From Fistulifera solaris (Eukaryota): 64,000 bases of DNA. This document shows, one piece after another, positions 24,015 through 36,808 of the stretch. The position numbers were made by a program, and so were the translations under genes. Position 1 is the first letter of the stretch, and every line of letters starts with the position of its first letter. Below the pieces are notes generated by a model. It was not told where the DNA came from. It was given only the letters and a program-made list of their open reading frames with translations, and ran no database searches. Location: the NCBI GenBank assembly GCA_030295235.1, contig AP026140.1, positions 930,001 through 994,000 on the forward strand, read 5' to 3'.

Positions 24015-25163
24015 GATCATAACAGAAATTCTGTGTGATTGTTTGCGAGATACAACGCAGGTCCAGAGATTCTGGACCAGTGCGTCTTGTTACCAGAAAA
24101 TCTGGAGAAAATTTTTTGACTCACGCGGAAATTCTGTGTGACATTTTGCGATTGTTCCAGAAATTCTGGACCAGTTCATTTCTCGACTGACACGGAAATT
24201 CTGTATCATATTTAGGGTCATACAGATAATCTGTTTTAGTCCAGAAATTCTGGACAAGTTTTTTCGACCCTACCGAATTGCTGTTCAAGTTCAACAGACT
24301 ATGGAAACGTTGTTTTGTTGGGAACCATAACGAAAGCCTGTGCACGTCCCAGAACTTATGAAAACTAGCCTTTGATCATAACCGAAAGAAAATGAACTTT
24401 CCAGATGATTTTCTGTTTTTTTTTAATTGGTGGTCATACAGAAATTCTGTCGTGGTCCAGAAATTCTGGACCAGTTTTTCTTCGATCCCACCGAATTGCT
24501 GTGCAAGTTCAACAAACTATAGAGATGTTGTTTTTGGATCATAATGAAAGGTTGTGCATGTTCCAAAACTTATGAAAACTAGCCTTTGATCATAACCGAA
24601 AGAAAATGAACTTTCCAGATGATTTTCTGTTTTTTTGAATTGGTGGTCATACAGAAATTCTGTTTTGGTCCAGAAATTCTGGACCACTTTTTTCGATCCT
24701 ACCGAATTGCTGTGCAAGTTCAACAAACTATAAGACGGTGATTATGGATCATAACGAAAGGCTGTGCATGTCCAGAACTTACGGAAACTAGGTTTTGATC
24801 ATAAGCGAAAGAAATGAATTTTCCAGATTTTCTGGAATTAATATTTGTTGTCATACAGAAAATCTGTTTTCGTCCAGAAATTCTGGACCAGTGTTTTTCG
24901 ATCCTACCGAATTGCTGTGCAAGTTCAGCAATCTATGGAGACGGTTTCTTGAATCATTACGATATGCTGTGCTCGTTCCAAAAATTATGGAGACTGTGTT
25001 TAGATCATAACAACAAATAAATAAATGCATTTTCCAGATTTTCTGGAAAATATTTTTGATCATACAGAAATTCTGTTGTGGTCCAGAAATTCTTGGTCGT
25101 CACACGGAAAAACTCCGTGTCATGTTTGCAGAAATTCTGGAAATCACTATTTCGACTGACACG
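24015..25163. repeat. Palindromic satellite array with a ~214-bp higher-order unit, same family as 8736-9490
   Basis: GATCATAACCGAAAGAAAATGAAC at 24374 and 24588. Many GGTCCAGAAATTCTGGACC cores and CCGAATTGCTGTGC subunits. Confidence 0.9.
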
Positions 25164-25318
25164 ACGAGATTATATATCGCAGTTTTTTGTTTTCCGTCGC
25201 ATTATCGCCGTTGAGGTGCCGCGCTTCTATTGTTTTCGGTCTATCCTTGCGTACATTGCCTCTTCTTTTCACTTCTGTCATCACAATAGGCTCCAAAGCA
25301 GTATTCTATCCCGACGAC

Positions 25319-26506
25319 ATGGCAAACCAGCACATGAATAGCCCTCAATATGACGACATAGACGACAATGCATCCATCGAAACGGATACGAATATCAGTG
25401 CCGTCATGTGGACGGATCCTTTGTTGCCTTCTCCACCATCGACACGAAGACGACGTCGTTTGCTGGACCGTCACGCCATTCGTCATGTTGAACGAGAACA
25501 AGCACGTTCAACGGCTACCGCCAGCACCAGCACTTCCTTTCGTCACATGCGACAAACCGTTCTTTGGTGGTGGAATGATTGGTTTCATACCTTGGCCTAT
25601 CAAAAAACCACCACATTGATTACATATTTATTCATCACTTACGTGACTCTCGTATTGACGTTTGCGGGTCTGTATTATACTCTATCACGAACGATTGGTT
25701 GTGAAATGGATTTACACGTGCTCATGGAAGCCTTGTATTTCTCGTTAAGTACACAAGCCACCATTGGCTACGGCGTGTCCGACTACTATTTTGGAGGATG
25801 TTGGACGCCCTTTGGGTTGGTGTTGGTGCAAGTGTGGACGGCGTTGTTATTTGATGCCGTCGCGATTGGTTTGATCTTTCAACGATTGTCACGCGGACAC
25901 AAACGGGGCAAAACGGTCTGGTTTTCGCGTGTGGCGTGTATTCGACGTGTGCAAGATCAATGGTATTTGTACATTCGATTGGCCGAAGGACGACGTCATC
26001 CTTTGATACAAACCCAAGTCCGTGGCTATTGTGTGCGACACGAACGCTACCGAGAGACTGCTTCTCCGAATCACACACTGCAAACAACGCATTTTGTAAC
26101 ACGCCCGGTTCGTTGGTTGGAATCGCACGTATGGATGCGTTTGCCGCAAGTGCTCGTGCATGCTTTGGATGCGACATCACCGTTGGTGCCACCGAAGGAC
26201 GGATGGTACGATGCTCAGGGTCATTGGCGCTCCACCAGTGACTCTACGACGTTTAATGAATCTCTCCAAGAGTATTGGCAAGATCGACAATTGGAAGTGA
26301 TTGTATTGTTGGAAGGTATTGATGCTTTGACGGGTTCGATGAGTCAAACACAACATTCATACACATTGGAGAATATCGTCTGGGACGCCCAGTTTGTGCC
26401 GTGTGTCCGACCCGACACAAATAATAATGGTGGTTGTGTGGTGGATTTTGCGCAATTTCATGAAACTCAGCCCGTGAATGAAGATACGCCCTGTCCGTAT
26501 CTATGA
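25319..26506 (+). CDS. Inward-rectifier potassium channel (Kir)
   Basis: Two TM helices around the FSLSTQATIGYG selectivity filter; cytoplasmic domain motifs LVHALDATSPL and EVIVLLEG..SY. Confidence 0.9.
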   Translation: MANQHMNSPQYDDIDDNASIETDTNISAVMWTDPLLPSPPSTRRRRRLLDRHAIRHVEREQARSTATASTSTSFRHMRQTVLWWWNDWFHTLAYQKTTTLITYLFITYVTLVLTFAGLYYTLSRTIGCEMDLHVLMEALYFSLSTQATIGYGVSDYYFGGCWTPFGLVLVQVWTALLFDAVAIGLIFQRLSRGHKRGKTVWFSRVACIRRVQDQWYLYIRLAEGRRHPLIQTQVRGYCVRHERYRETASPNHTLQTTHFVTRPVRWLESHVWMRLPQVLVHALDATSPLVPPKDGWYDAQGHWRSTSDSTTFNESLQEYWQDRQLEVIVLLEGIDALTGSMSQTQHSYTLENIVWDAQFVPCVRPDTNNNGGCVVDFAQFHETQPVNEDTPCPYL

Positions 26507-26601
26507 GCGAATGAATAGGAATGTAGAAATGTGTCTTTCTATTGTCAAAGTAATACAACTACAAAGGACGAAATTTTCATTCCTTGCTTTATTAGCCTCA
26601 C

Positions 26602-27087
26602 TTACAAAGTTTGGATGGTAGCTTTACTTGCCGGTAAAGGCGTTTGGCAAGCCTTGACTTTTCGGCCATTGAGAAGCACCATGCTGTGCGAAAAGAAAGA
26701 GAGTGAGCACCGTGATGACACTTCTACTAGCTAGAGCGACATAAGTCAATAACACGTACCAAGTACCACAATCCCCTTTCTGACAGTTGACAGGAATACG
26801 AACCCGCACTTTGTTGGCGACGACCGTCAGTTTTTGCCCCGCTACAGCACCGGGTACGGCTTTGCCATTGACGGTGACTTGTTCATTGTATTGCGGTCCA
26901 CCGGACAAACCGGGATCTTTGGCTTTGCCCAAAGACTCATCATTTTGAAGGCGTCTTTAAGACCACCGAAAAAGTACAAGGCGGTAGTAGTTTTCGTGGT
27001 TGTCGGAACAATGAGAAAGCCTCGTGTCGGAGGAACGAGAAGAAGAACAAGCATCAGAAAAAATGGCGATACGTGTAAGCGGGTCAT
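26602..27087 (-). CDS. Plastid-targeted small 2Fe-2S ferredoxin-like protein; frameshift ~26945, intron 26759-26684
   Basis: Signal peptide ending TRG-F, Thr-rich transit region, then CQKGDCGTC...KAC (C-x4-C-x2-C..C) after splicing. Confidence 0.75.
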
Positions 27088-27643
27088 CTTGTGTCGTCGC
27101 GTTATAACCAGATTATGAGATCACAGAGAAGAGAAGAAGAGTAAGGAGAAGGAAAGTAACTTTGTAGAGACAGCAGATTGAAAGTAAGAAGGGTCGGCAA
27201 GAAAGGTATACGATGAATAATGATGATGCCTCTCGTAGTGTCCTAAAAGAAATAAAACAGCGCATTCGAGAATAAGTGTCATCACCGCGAGGTAAAAACG
27301 TCAGTTGGTGGACATCGTAGTACAAAACCTCTTCTAGCACGTACCGGCTCTCGTTTTATTTTCTACATAGCAAAAAGGTCACGCACTTTTCGATGCATCA
27401 ACCGAAGTGTAGAACGTCCGTCCCTGCACCAGTAGCGAATGTGACGGTTATTATTGCGTGTTTGTGTGATGGAACGTTGAACTCTCGATCGCTCGGTTGA
27501 AGACCGTCCACCATGATGATGTGCGATTGCACTGCACTTTTTTTGTGTCAAATGTATTATTTCTTGCTATAAGTCCTTTCTTCCTTCAACGAACGCATCA
27601 ATCTATCTGTGATATCCTTATCGGAATTAATTATACAAAACAA

Positions 27644-28739
27644 ATGGAGTTGAAACGAAGATCACAACAATCACAACCATCATCATCGATACAACCCAGT
27701 CGATCGAATAGCTTTCCTGAAAATGGTAGTCCTCCGAAATCGACTCCAACAACAACAAAAGAAGGAAGCGCTACAACATCTACTTGGGTTTACGTGCTAC
27801 TGCTTGTCATTGCTGTCATTACAGTAGTAACGATTCCTCATCCCTTTCATCCGACACATCACGAACCGCCGAGTTATCAACACGTCTTTTACTACGGTTG
27901 GTTGACCGCTTTGAGTACAGGAATGGGCGTCTTGCCGTTTTTGTTTCTACCGCAAGTTCCTTCGTTCTGGATTGGTGTATCCAATGGTACGTTCGTGCTG
28001 TTTATAGAATGAAGGATTATCGTTGGCGATCAACTATCGCTCACTCTGTTTCATCATCCTTCTTCAAATCATAGCCGTCGCTGCGGGAATGATGTTAGCG
28101 GCCAGTTATTCACTCTTCCTCGAAGGTTACAGTCACGACGATCCCCACGATACATCCACTTGGTCCGGTCTCGTGCGAACCATCCTCGGTGCCGCACTCG
28201 GTTTACTTTTCATTCTCTTGACCAAAAATATACTCGACCAATACGAAGATGTCAAAGTGGGTGTCTTGGGTGGAACCGATGCCCGGAAAGCCCTGTTAAT
28301 CTTCTTTGTCATGACACTTCACTCCTTCTCGGAAGGTGTCGGAATCGGTGTCAGTTTCGGCGGAAGTCACGGCAGTGAATTGGGTATGTTCATTTCCGCC
28401 AGTTTAGCGGCCCACAATGTTCCTGAAGGTTTAGCGATTGCCGTCATTTTACTGCCCCGGGGTGTTTCGACGGCAACGGCTTTGTTGTGGACGATTTCGA
28501 CGAGTTTGCCGCAACCCATCATGGCCGTTCCGGCGTACATGTTTGTGCACGAATTTGTGCCCGTTTTGCCGATTGGTTTGGGTTTTGCGGCGGGTGCCAT
28601 GGTGTGGGTGGCCGTGGCGGAATTGCTGATGGAAGCAATACAAGATACGAATATTTGGACGACCGTCATGGTCGCTGTACCGTCCTGTATGGGTATGTTG
28701 TGGTTACAAGCCGCCTTGGATTACGAAACGCGGTCTTAA
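27644..28739 (+). CDS. ZIP-family zinc/metal transporter (ZupT/ZIP11-like); intron 27987-28074
   Basis: [30 protein letters not shown] and multiple TM helices. Confidence 0.9.
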
Positions 28740-28954
28740 TATCGCGTAGTGATGATACGAAACAAAACATCCGACTGCGCGAACTATAGTATGAGTTATA
28801 TTATATAAAGAAACGAAATAATAAGGACAAGTGTTGCATTTGCTGGAAAGAAATTTATTGCAGAGTCGTGATTGTAGTCTCGTACGTTTAGGCATTTCTT
28901 GCGTTTTCTTCAGTAAATGAATGTTTGATTCCACCATTGAGTCTCTCTCATCGC

Positions 28955-29458
28955 TCATCGCTTCTTTCCTCCGCTACTCAAAAGCAACCCCGCAACACCC
29001 GCCAAGATCCCGACGGCGGCCGCCGCCGCAACACTCTTGACAGCCGCATTCTGAAATTGCTGTTGCTGATACTGTTCCGCAGCTTCCATGGAAGCCAAAT
29101 GCAATTCTTTTGCAACGCGGGAATGCGGTTGCGCTCGTAGTATGGCTTCGCACCGCGCCCGCGCTTCGTCATAATCGCCCAACAAATACAAAGCCGTCGC
29201 AGCGCCGTACATGCAATCGATCTGATGTTCAAAGCCGGAAGACACCAAACCATCCAATAAACTGACGGCGTATCGCAATTCGGAAGTTTCTCGTGATTTA
29301 CTTAATGCAAACGCGTACTGAAAGGTATTGGCGGGCGACGAATCTTGCGCACAAGCGACGGCGAGTTCTTCGAGCAAGGCACGATCGGGATGCGACGCGG
29401 CGAGTTTATGATCGAGATCGTTTTTGGCTTGTTTTTGACGATTCGCAGTTGTAACCAT
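28955..29458 (-). CDS. FIS1: Mitochondrial fission protein FIS1
   Basis: FQYAFALSKS, TPR-like DCMYGAATALYLLGDYDEAR, and a C-terminal tail anchor followed by KKR. Confidence 0.85.
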   Translation of the reverse strand: MVTTANRQKQAKNDLDHKLAASHPDRALLEELAVACAQDSSPANTFQYAFALSKSRETSELRYAVSLLDGLVSSGFEHQIDCMYGAATALYLLGDYDEARARCEAILRAQPHSRVAKELHLASMEAAEQYQQQQFQNAAVKSVAAAAAVGILAGVAGLLLSSGGKKR

Positions 29459-30539
29459 TTTTGTGTTGTAAAAAGAAGAAAGAAAGGACAGACAGAGTGC
29501 CTCTAGTGATATATATTCTACGTTTCAAATAATGATATTCGAACGATGCATTGCGTTTATTTGCAGCGACGAAACAAAAAGTTGAGAACGCAATCGTGTC
29601 GTGTGTGTCGTGCTTCAAGATTTCCGGGTCACTTTTCTTTCAACTACTGTAGGGTTACAGGTACTTGTAACTGCCCTCATCCTCATGGTCTCCCCCCTAC
29701 TACCGGTAGCTAGAAACAAGCCTTTGAGTCCATACAATAATCGCTAATCGCAGCTACGACGTATGGGGCTCAAGTCATTACGCGTAGACAGTGGAAGCGT
29801 TGTAACTTTCCACTGTTTCATGTTTCATTGTCAAATCAAAGTTAATTACTGCTCCCTGGCTTGCATTAAGTGATGTTGGGCAAAGTAATGTTGACATTGG
29901 TGACCAAAAACGCTATAAAAAAGGTTGAACGAAATTCGACAGTATCCGGGTATCCCCTCTGTCGATAAATTTCTCTACGAGGCCTACGTGTAACACACGT
30001 AGACTTTCGATGCCATGATCCTTCCTCATTTCTTAATTTAAAGTCAAGTTAATGCGAATTCTTGTTTACTGGTATAAACTAAGTCTATTGATGAAAGTGA
30101 TGATCGCTTTTCCTCAAAGAGATGACTCAGCAGTACATTAGTAAGTAATTCTCCAATTTCCCACGAGGGCTACGCCCATTTCTTGTAGACTTCCAAAGCG
30201 TTGAATTTTTCATGATTGGATAAAAGCCGAAGTTTCAATTTCCCTTCAGCTAGCAGTAACGAAAATGATGAAAGTCAAAGTGAATTTGGTGCAAAGCAGG
30301 CTTGCCATGGGATTTAATATTCAAGCAGCCATGTTTACTGTTGATCAGAGTGTATGTAGACGACCTTTTGTCACGACTGCAATTATTCTGTCATGAACGA
30401 CGAGCTAACACAAACAACAATGTAATAAGCTGCAGGATCATTATTTTCTCGTTTCCCCGTTACTCGTAGTAATCTATTTATAAGCGCTTCACTCATCTCT
30501 CTTACTAAAGAAAAGATATAAGGAAAGAATTCGCGGAAA

Positions 30540-32218
30540 ATGAGCGACTTTGAAGCACAAACTACAAGTTATGAGAGCTTCCAGTCCTCTCGACACGACA
30601 GATGATATCGATTCTCATCCCCAAACTCCTCATTTGTACGTTACGGGCTAAAGTTTAAGATCGATTGTATCATGTTCCTTCCTTATGGAGTCTAGCGGAA
30701 CCGCGGTTGTGTCAAAACCCCGCACGCAACTGGTTTCCAGATAGTGTAACGATGCACATGCACAGTTTCGGTGCATAACCGCTTCACGAAAGCTTGGATG
30801 CACGGGAACTTTGCAATAATTGACCGTTCGGAAGCGACGAAGACGACCCACAGCAAATGATTCACCCACATCACAATACGAAACCCTCACGGATCTCTTT
30901 CAGCCACCACCGGCTGTCGTCTCGCCCGTCGAAGTCTTGGAAGAAATGATAGAGTAAGAAGAAGATGTGATTATCAGAGGATCGTTTGCCGTCGCCATGT
31001 TGGTATTATTAAGGGCACCGTCGGTCCCGCTATTTTGTATTTACTCCACGGGGTCGTACAATCAGGGTACGCGGTCGCCATTCCCTCGACTGTACTGGCG
31101 ACTATCTTATGTTTGTATTCAGCCAATACCTGTTTGTCAGAATGCTAGAACATCGAATCACGAAATAGCGACGGCCGTGGAAGAATTGCTGGCTCTTGTG
31201 GTCGAGGACCGACCGGTAGCACCACCTAAACCGACAATATTGACGTATCCGGAATCGGCCGTCATGGGCATTGCGTTCTTTCAACTGGGTGTCTGTTTGA
31301 CATTTTTGATCTTTGTCCCACACAATCTTATACAATTGACACACAAAAGTCTTCCTCGGAAAGTTTGGTCATGGACCATGGTGCTGGCGGAAATTTTCTT
31401 GGGTTGATTGTCGGATATACGGAGTTTGACGTGTGCCAATATTTTGGTCACAATCTTGATTACGTACGGAATAGTAGCCATCTTATCCTTGGCGATCCAT
31501 CATGGGTAGGAACAGGATCCTGACGCCAAGGAACGGCAATTTGTGTGTCATGGGAAACGACTTCCACCGGTCACTGACGCCTGGTTCTTGTTTGTGGGGA
31601 CTTCCTTTTCCATAATGGAAGGAGACATTACGTTGGTGGTGTCTTTACAAGAAGCTGTAGCCAGTTCGGCAGATCGGAAACGGTTTCAATGCCGTCAATG
31701 CGCACACGACATGGGGCATTGTGGGCTTTTATATCTTGCTTGCGTGGATCTGTGCCGCTGATTTGGGCGGTGGGGGCTCAAGCACCGCACTGACGGCGAG
31801 TTTACACGGTCATGTCGCCAGCAGTGTTCTTCAATTCGCGTATTCTGTGGCGGTCTTTTTCTCGTTTCCGTTGCAAGCCTTTCCAGCCTTGCAAGTGATC
31901 TGTCGGGCTTTGTTGGAGGAGCAACCTTCTTTGTGGTGGCGCGGTGAGTTGACGACCGTCATTACTTTTATTTTGGGTGTCATTACTACGCAAAATTATT
32001 TGGGCAATGTCGTGAGTCTATTGGGAAGTATGTTTGGAATACCCTTGGCATTGGTCTTTCCTCCTTTGATGCACAATCGTTTGGTCGGCGACCGTGTCCA
32101 GATGAACTATGTGGTGGTGTGTTTCGGTCTGCTTACTTGCCAAGGGGGCAGCATCGTATGCTACGGTAGCTTCACGGAATCAAGAAGGCGGTTGATGCAT
32201 GCGGAATGCGCCATGTAG
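30540..32218 (+). pseudogene. Amino-acid transporter (AAAP/SLC36/AVT-like) pseudogene
   Basis: Fragments KGTVGPAILYL, LTYPE, FFQLGVCLTFLIFVPHNL, MEGDITLV, AVFFSFPLQAFPA and SLLGSMFGIPLALVFPPLMH lie in shifting frames. In-frame stops at ~31406 (TGA) and ~31507 (TAG). The 5' boundary is uncertain. Confidence 0.75.
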
Positions 32219-32927
32219 ATGACTGAGTTTGTGGTTAATTCGTATTTTACTAGCTCAGCCGCGCCCAAGTAACGCAAAGTGTACATGAAAACCAATGTCT
32301 GCATTCGCGCCATGTTCGACGGGATCTCACTACTTCGACATACTCACGACTCGCGGCCGTCTCCACTCTTCTACACCGCAATATTTAAGCTTAAAACTAA
32401 AGACCCAGAACTGCGGTGCAACATGACGCCAAGACCGAGAAGCCACGTTTATCTTTCTTTAGAAAGTACAGAACAAAAACTATCGCTCGTGGCTCGTAGG
32501 CGCATCGCTCATTGTCTCATCTATCACTTAATTACTCTCTCAGACTTCTCAGGTTTCTGCTTGCAGATGATCATAGATCACGATTCACGATTCACGATAT
32601 TTAAGAGCACTATTCCTTGACTACTTGTTCTTATTAGGACGGTTTTGTTCGTGTTTCTTATTCGTTATTTCCCAATTACTGCTTCCGAATGCCAGAAAGA
32701 GTTTTTCTTATCAGTGAACGAATTTACTGAGTGCAGTACTCTCCAACTTCCGAATTCACGTAAACGGGTGACGTCCGTAGTAATAAGTTTACGTAAATCT
32801 GCATTCGGTTCGACCCACAAAGACCTGTTTCACTGCTCTCACTTTTTCAAATTTCGTGAAAGCGATATCCCTCGTTCGCTGAAAGTAAAATCAGCTTGAA
32901 AGATTTCTCTTCTTACCATCAGTCATC

Positions 32928-33427
32928 ATGTTCCGCCATATTGTCTCACTTTTCTTCCTCTCTTTTCTCATGACCGTCTTCTCGACCACGACGGCGTACG
33001 AGTATGATGATTATGATGATTACTGGTACGGTGACGAGGTCTGTCTCGGCTGGGAATTGAACGCCAAGAAATTCAAAAGGCTTTCGCCAAGTGGAAAGCC
33101 CCTCCGTGCTACAGTTTCACCTTCTATGACGGAGCATCCGATTCCGATAAAAAGATCAAGCGAGTTATCAAAAACGGCAAGGCTTTGAACAAGAAACCGT
33201 ACCGTGCCTTGCAGACCATCGACGACTTTTACAAGTTGATCAAAACGAAGTGCATTAAAGACTGCCCCGACCATGGGGCATATCACTGTTACATTGAGTA
33301 TGCGACGGATCCAAAGAGTGGTTTGGTGTATCCTTCCTATGTGCAAATCCAGGAAGATCCTTACGACTTTGTTGATTATGTCAGTTATCACATTGAGGAT
33401 CTGTGCGTCACGAAGTGTGCCAAATGA
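32928..33427 (+). CDS. Small secreted protein, DUF6174-like; frameshift ~33078
   Basis: Signal peptide. Restoring one A gives KKAFAKWKAPPCYSFTF...QTIDDFYKLI...IEYATDPKSGLVYPSYVQI. Family resemblance is from memory only. Confidence 0.5.
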
Positions 33428-33901
33428 AACCAAAATGAAGTTTGAATACACCGTAGAAATAGGGTAAATACATCTAATGCATATTAATAAAAAGCGCGAG
33501 GCTTGCGGATGTGCGTTATCCGTTTAGTTGCTTTTCCTTTCAAAAAAGGTCCCGGTACGGTGCCGGTATAGTCGACCGCCGATAGCTTTTCGTCGTTGCT
33601 TTCCGTTCGGTACCGGTATGAATTTAACGGACTTCTCATTGACAACAAGCTCACAGTAGTTTGATTCGTAAAACGTGTTTCGGTGACGTCTTGATCCAGT
33701 AACCTTACCGTTTTGGCTGACCGACGACAGCGATGAATGAATACTACGGAGTAATAAAAAACGAACAAGGAGCAACATTATTAATTGACAACCACCGAAA
33801 TGGGCAAAAAAATGCGGAGTAAATGATATGATGCAACCATCAACACGCTAAAGATTAATATCAGTTCTGTTGTATCCTCACTTATATCGGTAACGGCAAT
33901 C

Positions 33902-36367
33902 ATGAATCAAGATGAAGACTTGAGCAATACACGAAGCGAAGACGAAAAGGCGTCCTTTATCGTCGCGTCGTCGCTTCCTTCCTCTCATTTATTCGAGGAT
34001 CTCATTCCTTCCGCTGACTCCTCTATGATCGATGTCACGCATTTGTTTCAACAATGTGCACAACAATTGACTCCCGAATACGCCTTTTTGTGTCACGAGG
34101 AAATTCATTTCAATTTGTATGACGCCATGGCCGCCAGTCAATTGGGACACGAAAAAATGGATTGTTGTCAAGTTCCTCCGTATCTTACCAAGACAGAAGA
34201 ACCTTACGTGTTTCCGAGACCACCACCGACTGGATTGTCGAGTGCCTTTACAACCTTATTGTGGGACGAATGGACGGAACCACAAGTCTTGGGATTTGCC
34301 TTGCAAATTTTGGTGCGCTTACAAGCGTTGTGTACTGGGGCGTCTGTCGGAGAAAGTACCTTTACATGTCTCTATGCGCATGCGCCCGTATTACAAGACA
34401 TGGAAGATCGTTTGTTTCCCTTGGAGCAGGCATTGTCGGAACAGTGGAATCTGACGAACGACGATGCTTCAAAGGCCGACACGGAAAATAAAATACTGTC
34501 GTATCACGGAACACCGCAACAATTCATGATATACGTGTTATCGTTGTCCTTGTCAGAAATTACCAAAATATTTCGATCGATTGTTCACAATGCCGATATT
34601 TACGAAGAAGAAGATTACGTTGCTCAAACCTATCAAATTCCCCTTTACACGTCGCGACACCAAGATATTGTAGCGGTCTTCCGCACGGCCATGAATGTGT
34701 TTCAAGAATTGTCGCAGGTTCAAGCCGCGTTGGGTTTAGTGTTGTCCTTTTGATGGGATTCTATTCTTCCATGGCGCAGTTGGTAGGTTCATGCGTGTGT
34801 GTTATGTCGAGAAACGCACCCCGTGCATAATCAATTCTCACATCCTTTTGGTGCTACACTAGGCCAAGCTGTCGACCAATGGAATACTAAACCAAGTGCA
34901 GGGTGTACATGCGATTGTGGTGAAAGCCGTCGATGCGTTAGATTTGTTGTTGGAACAACCGTCGTTGGAATCGGTTTCGGCTCCGTCCATGGCGTTTGAT
35001 CCGTATGTCTATCGCCCTCGCGTCGGGAATACTCCGGTCCGACAGGTTCGGACCGTGGAGCCACGGCAAGCGATTGAAATGTTACGAGCTATTACGCAGG
35101 AGATGGATTGGAGTGTTTGTCAGTTATTGCTGAAGGCTAATTCGTTGGGACGACTGCGACGTATGCTGCAGCACATCAGTCGGAAGGATGTCAATATCTT
35201 GAGTCGATCTTTGATTGTTTTGAATTTGTACTTCGATGATCTTTTATTGGGACAATTTTCCATGGTACAATGGATATGGGAGGACTTACTCGAATGGACA
35301 GCTGTACTGGAAGATTCCAATCTGCACTTTTACAGACCGAACATGTTCATAACTTTTTACAGCGATTAGCAAAACCGATCTACGACACGTTAAAGTTACA
35401 GACATTGAATCGTAACCGGCATCGGGCTTTTATGGATGTGATTATGTTTCCCGAATGGGTTTCGTTGCAGATGGAAGCCCAAGCACTGGATGGACATCTT
35501 TGTTCGGAAGGCCATGTACAATCGTCGAATCCCATCTTCACTCAATATACATTGGTCGCAACGCTTCGGTTGATGGTTCAGTACATCAGTGTAGGCTTTG
35601 AACTGGATCTTTATTGCAGTCATGATGATATTGGTTTCGCTTATTGGTATTTGGACTTTCTCTTGTCGGGTTTGTTGACCCATTTGAGTGCCATGAAGCA
35701 AAACAAGGATATGGCGAGAATGGAGCAGCGGATGAAGGAGACCAAAGCATCGACTCTCAATGGTAGTAATAAAGGAAATCAGCGCAACAAGAAAAAGAAT
35801 CAACGCCAGAAAAATAATGTACCGGAGACAATGCCTTCTTATCAACCCATACCACAGGACCTCGAAGCCGATTTCGAACTGTCGGTGATTGCCTTGAAGC
35901 GAAATTTGTGCCGCGGATCGCTGCGTTTTCTGGCTGCTCTTCAACAAGCAGGAATACTAAAGGAGAGAAGACACGTCTTTACTTCGAAAGAACGCATTTT
36001 TCAGGAGCGCTTCCGTGCTTTTGCGGGCATTCGACAACCGCCTCCCTTGGTGTACGAGCAGTACGCGCAAGGCTCTGATTTTTCGACCGTAACGTCGGAA
36101 GAATTGCACCAGTCGACATGCGAATGGTTTCTATCTTGCAGACGAGCTGTCGAACACCTTCATTCTACAAAATTACCTTCCGTGGACGTCGATTATGCTC
36201 CTATCCGCGAAATTGAACTGAAATCATTGTTGAAAGTTTGCATCGGAAACAACGTTTACTTGTTAAAGCTTCGGCAGGCCATGCAAGACCCAAAGTCGTT
36301 GCTTTCGATTCGCGTCGAGATTGAAACCAAGACGCATGATCAGTTCTGCACCATAAAATTGTCATAA
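33902..36367 (+). CDS. NAA35: NatC auxiliary subunit NAA35/MAK10; intron ~34783-34862, frameshifts ~34750 and ~35320
   Basis: FNLYDAMAASQLGHEKMD, GASVGESTFTCLYAH, IYEEEDY, NRNRHR and GFELDLY..FAYWYLDFL. Confidence 0.88.
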
Positions 36368-36808
36368 AAAGCAAACAGAACTTCCATTTAACTACTTATT
36401 GGGGTAAGCTCGGGGCTTGAGCATGCAAAATGTGTAATTTCAGTATTTTCTGCTGCGGTTTGCAACGAATGGTTTGGGAGGTGGGGCCGTAATTCCAAGA
36501 CAGATCAAACTCAAATCTTGTCCATTCTTCTACTTTGGCAGGTTGACTTCGTCGTTGTTTTGATGCAATCACCATCAAAATCATTTTGATTGCATTCGTC
36601 GATTCTTGGTGTCGTAAATCCTTGCGGATTGTCGTTTTCTACCACGACTGCATTTCAGTCACGATTTGTATGAATTCGTACACAAGTACAGACGATTAAG
36701 CTCGAGAGCCATTCGACTATTTTTCTTTCTCCCTGCGATGTTTCTTTTTGTTTACAAACAAGCCGACAGAGTATTCTTTGTTGTTTGAAGTCAATAACTG
36801 GAAAGAAA

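Noticed and set aside
24015..25163. CRISPR array, or the short ORFs across the palindromic repeats (also 8832-9456 and 48414-48632)
   Set aside because: Inter-palindrome sequence is itself repeated periodically. The ORFs are by-products of the satellite.
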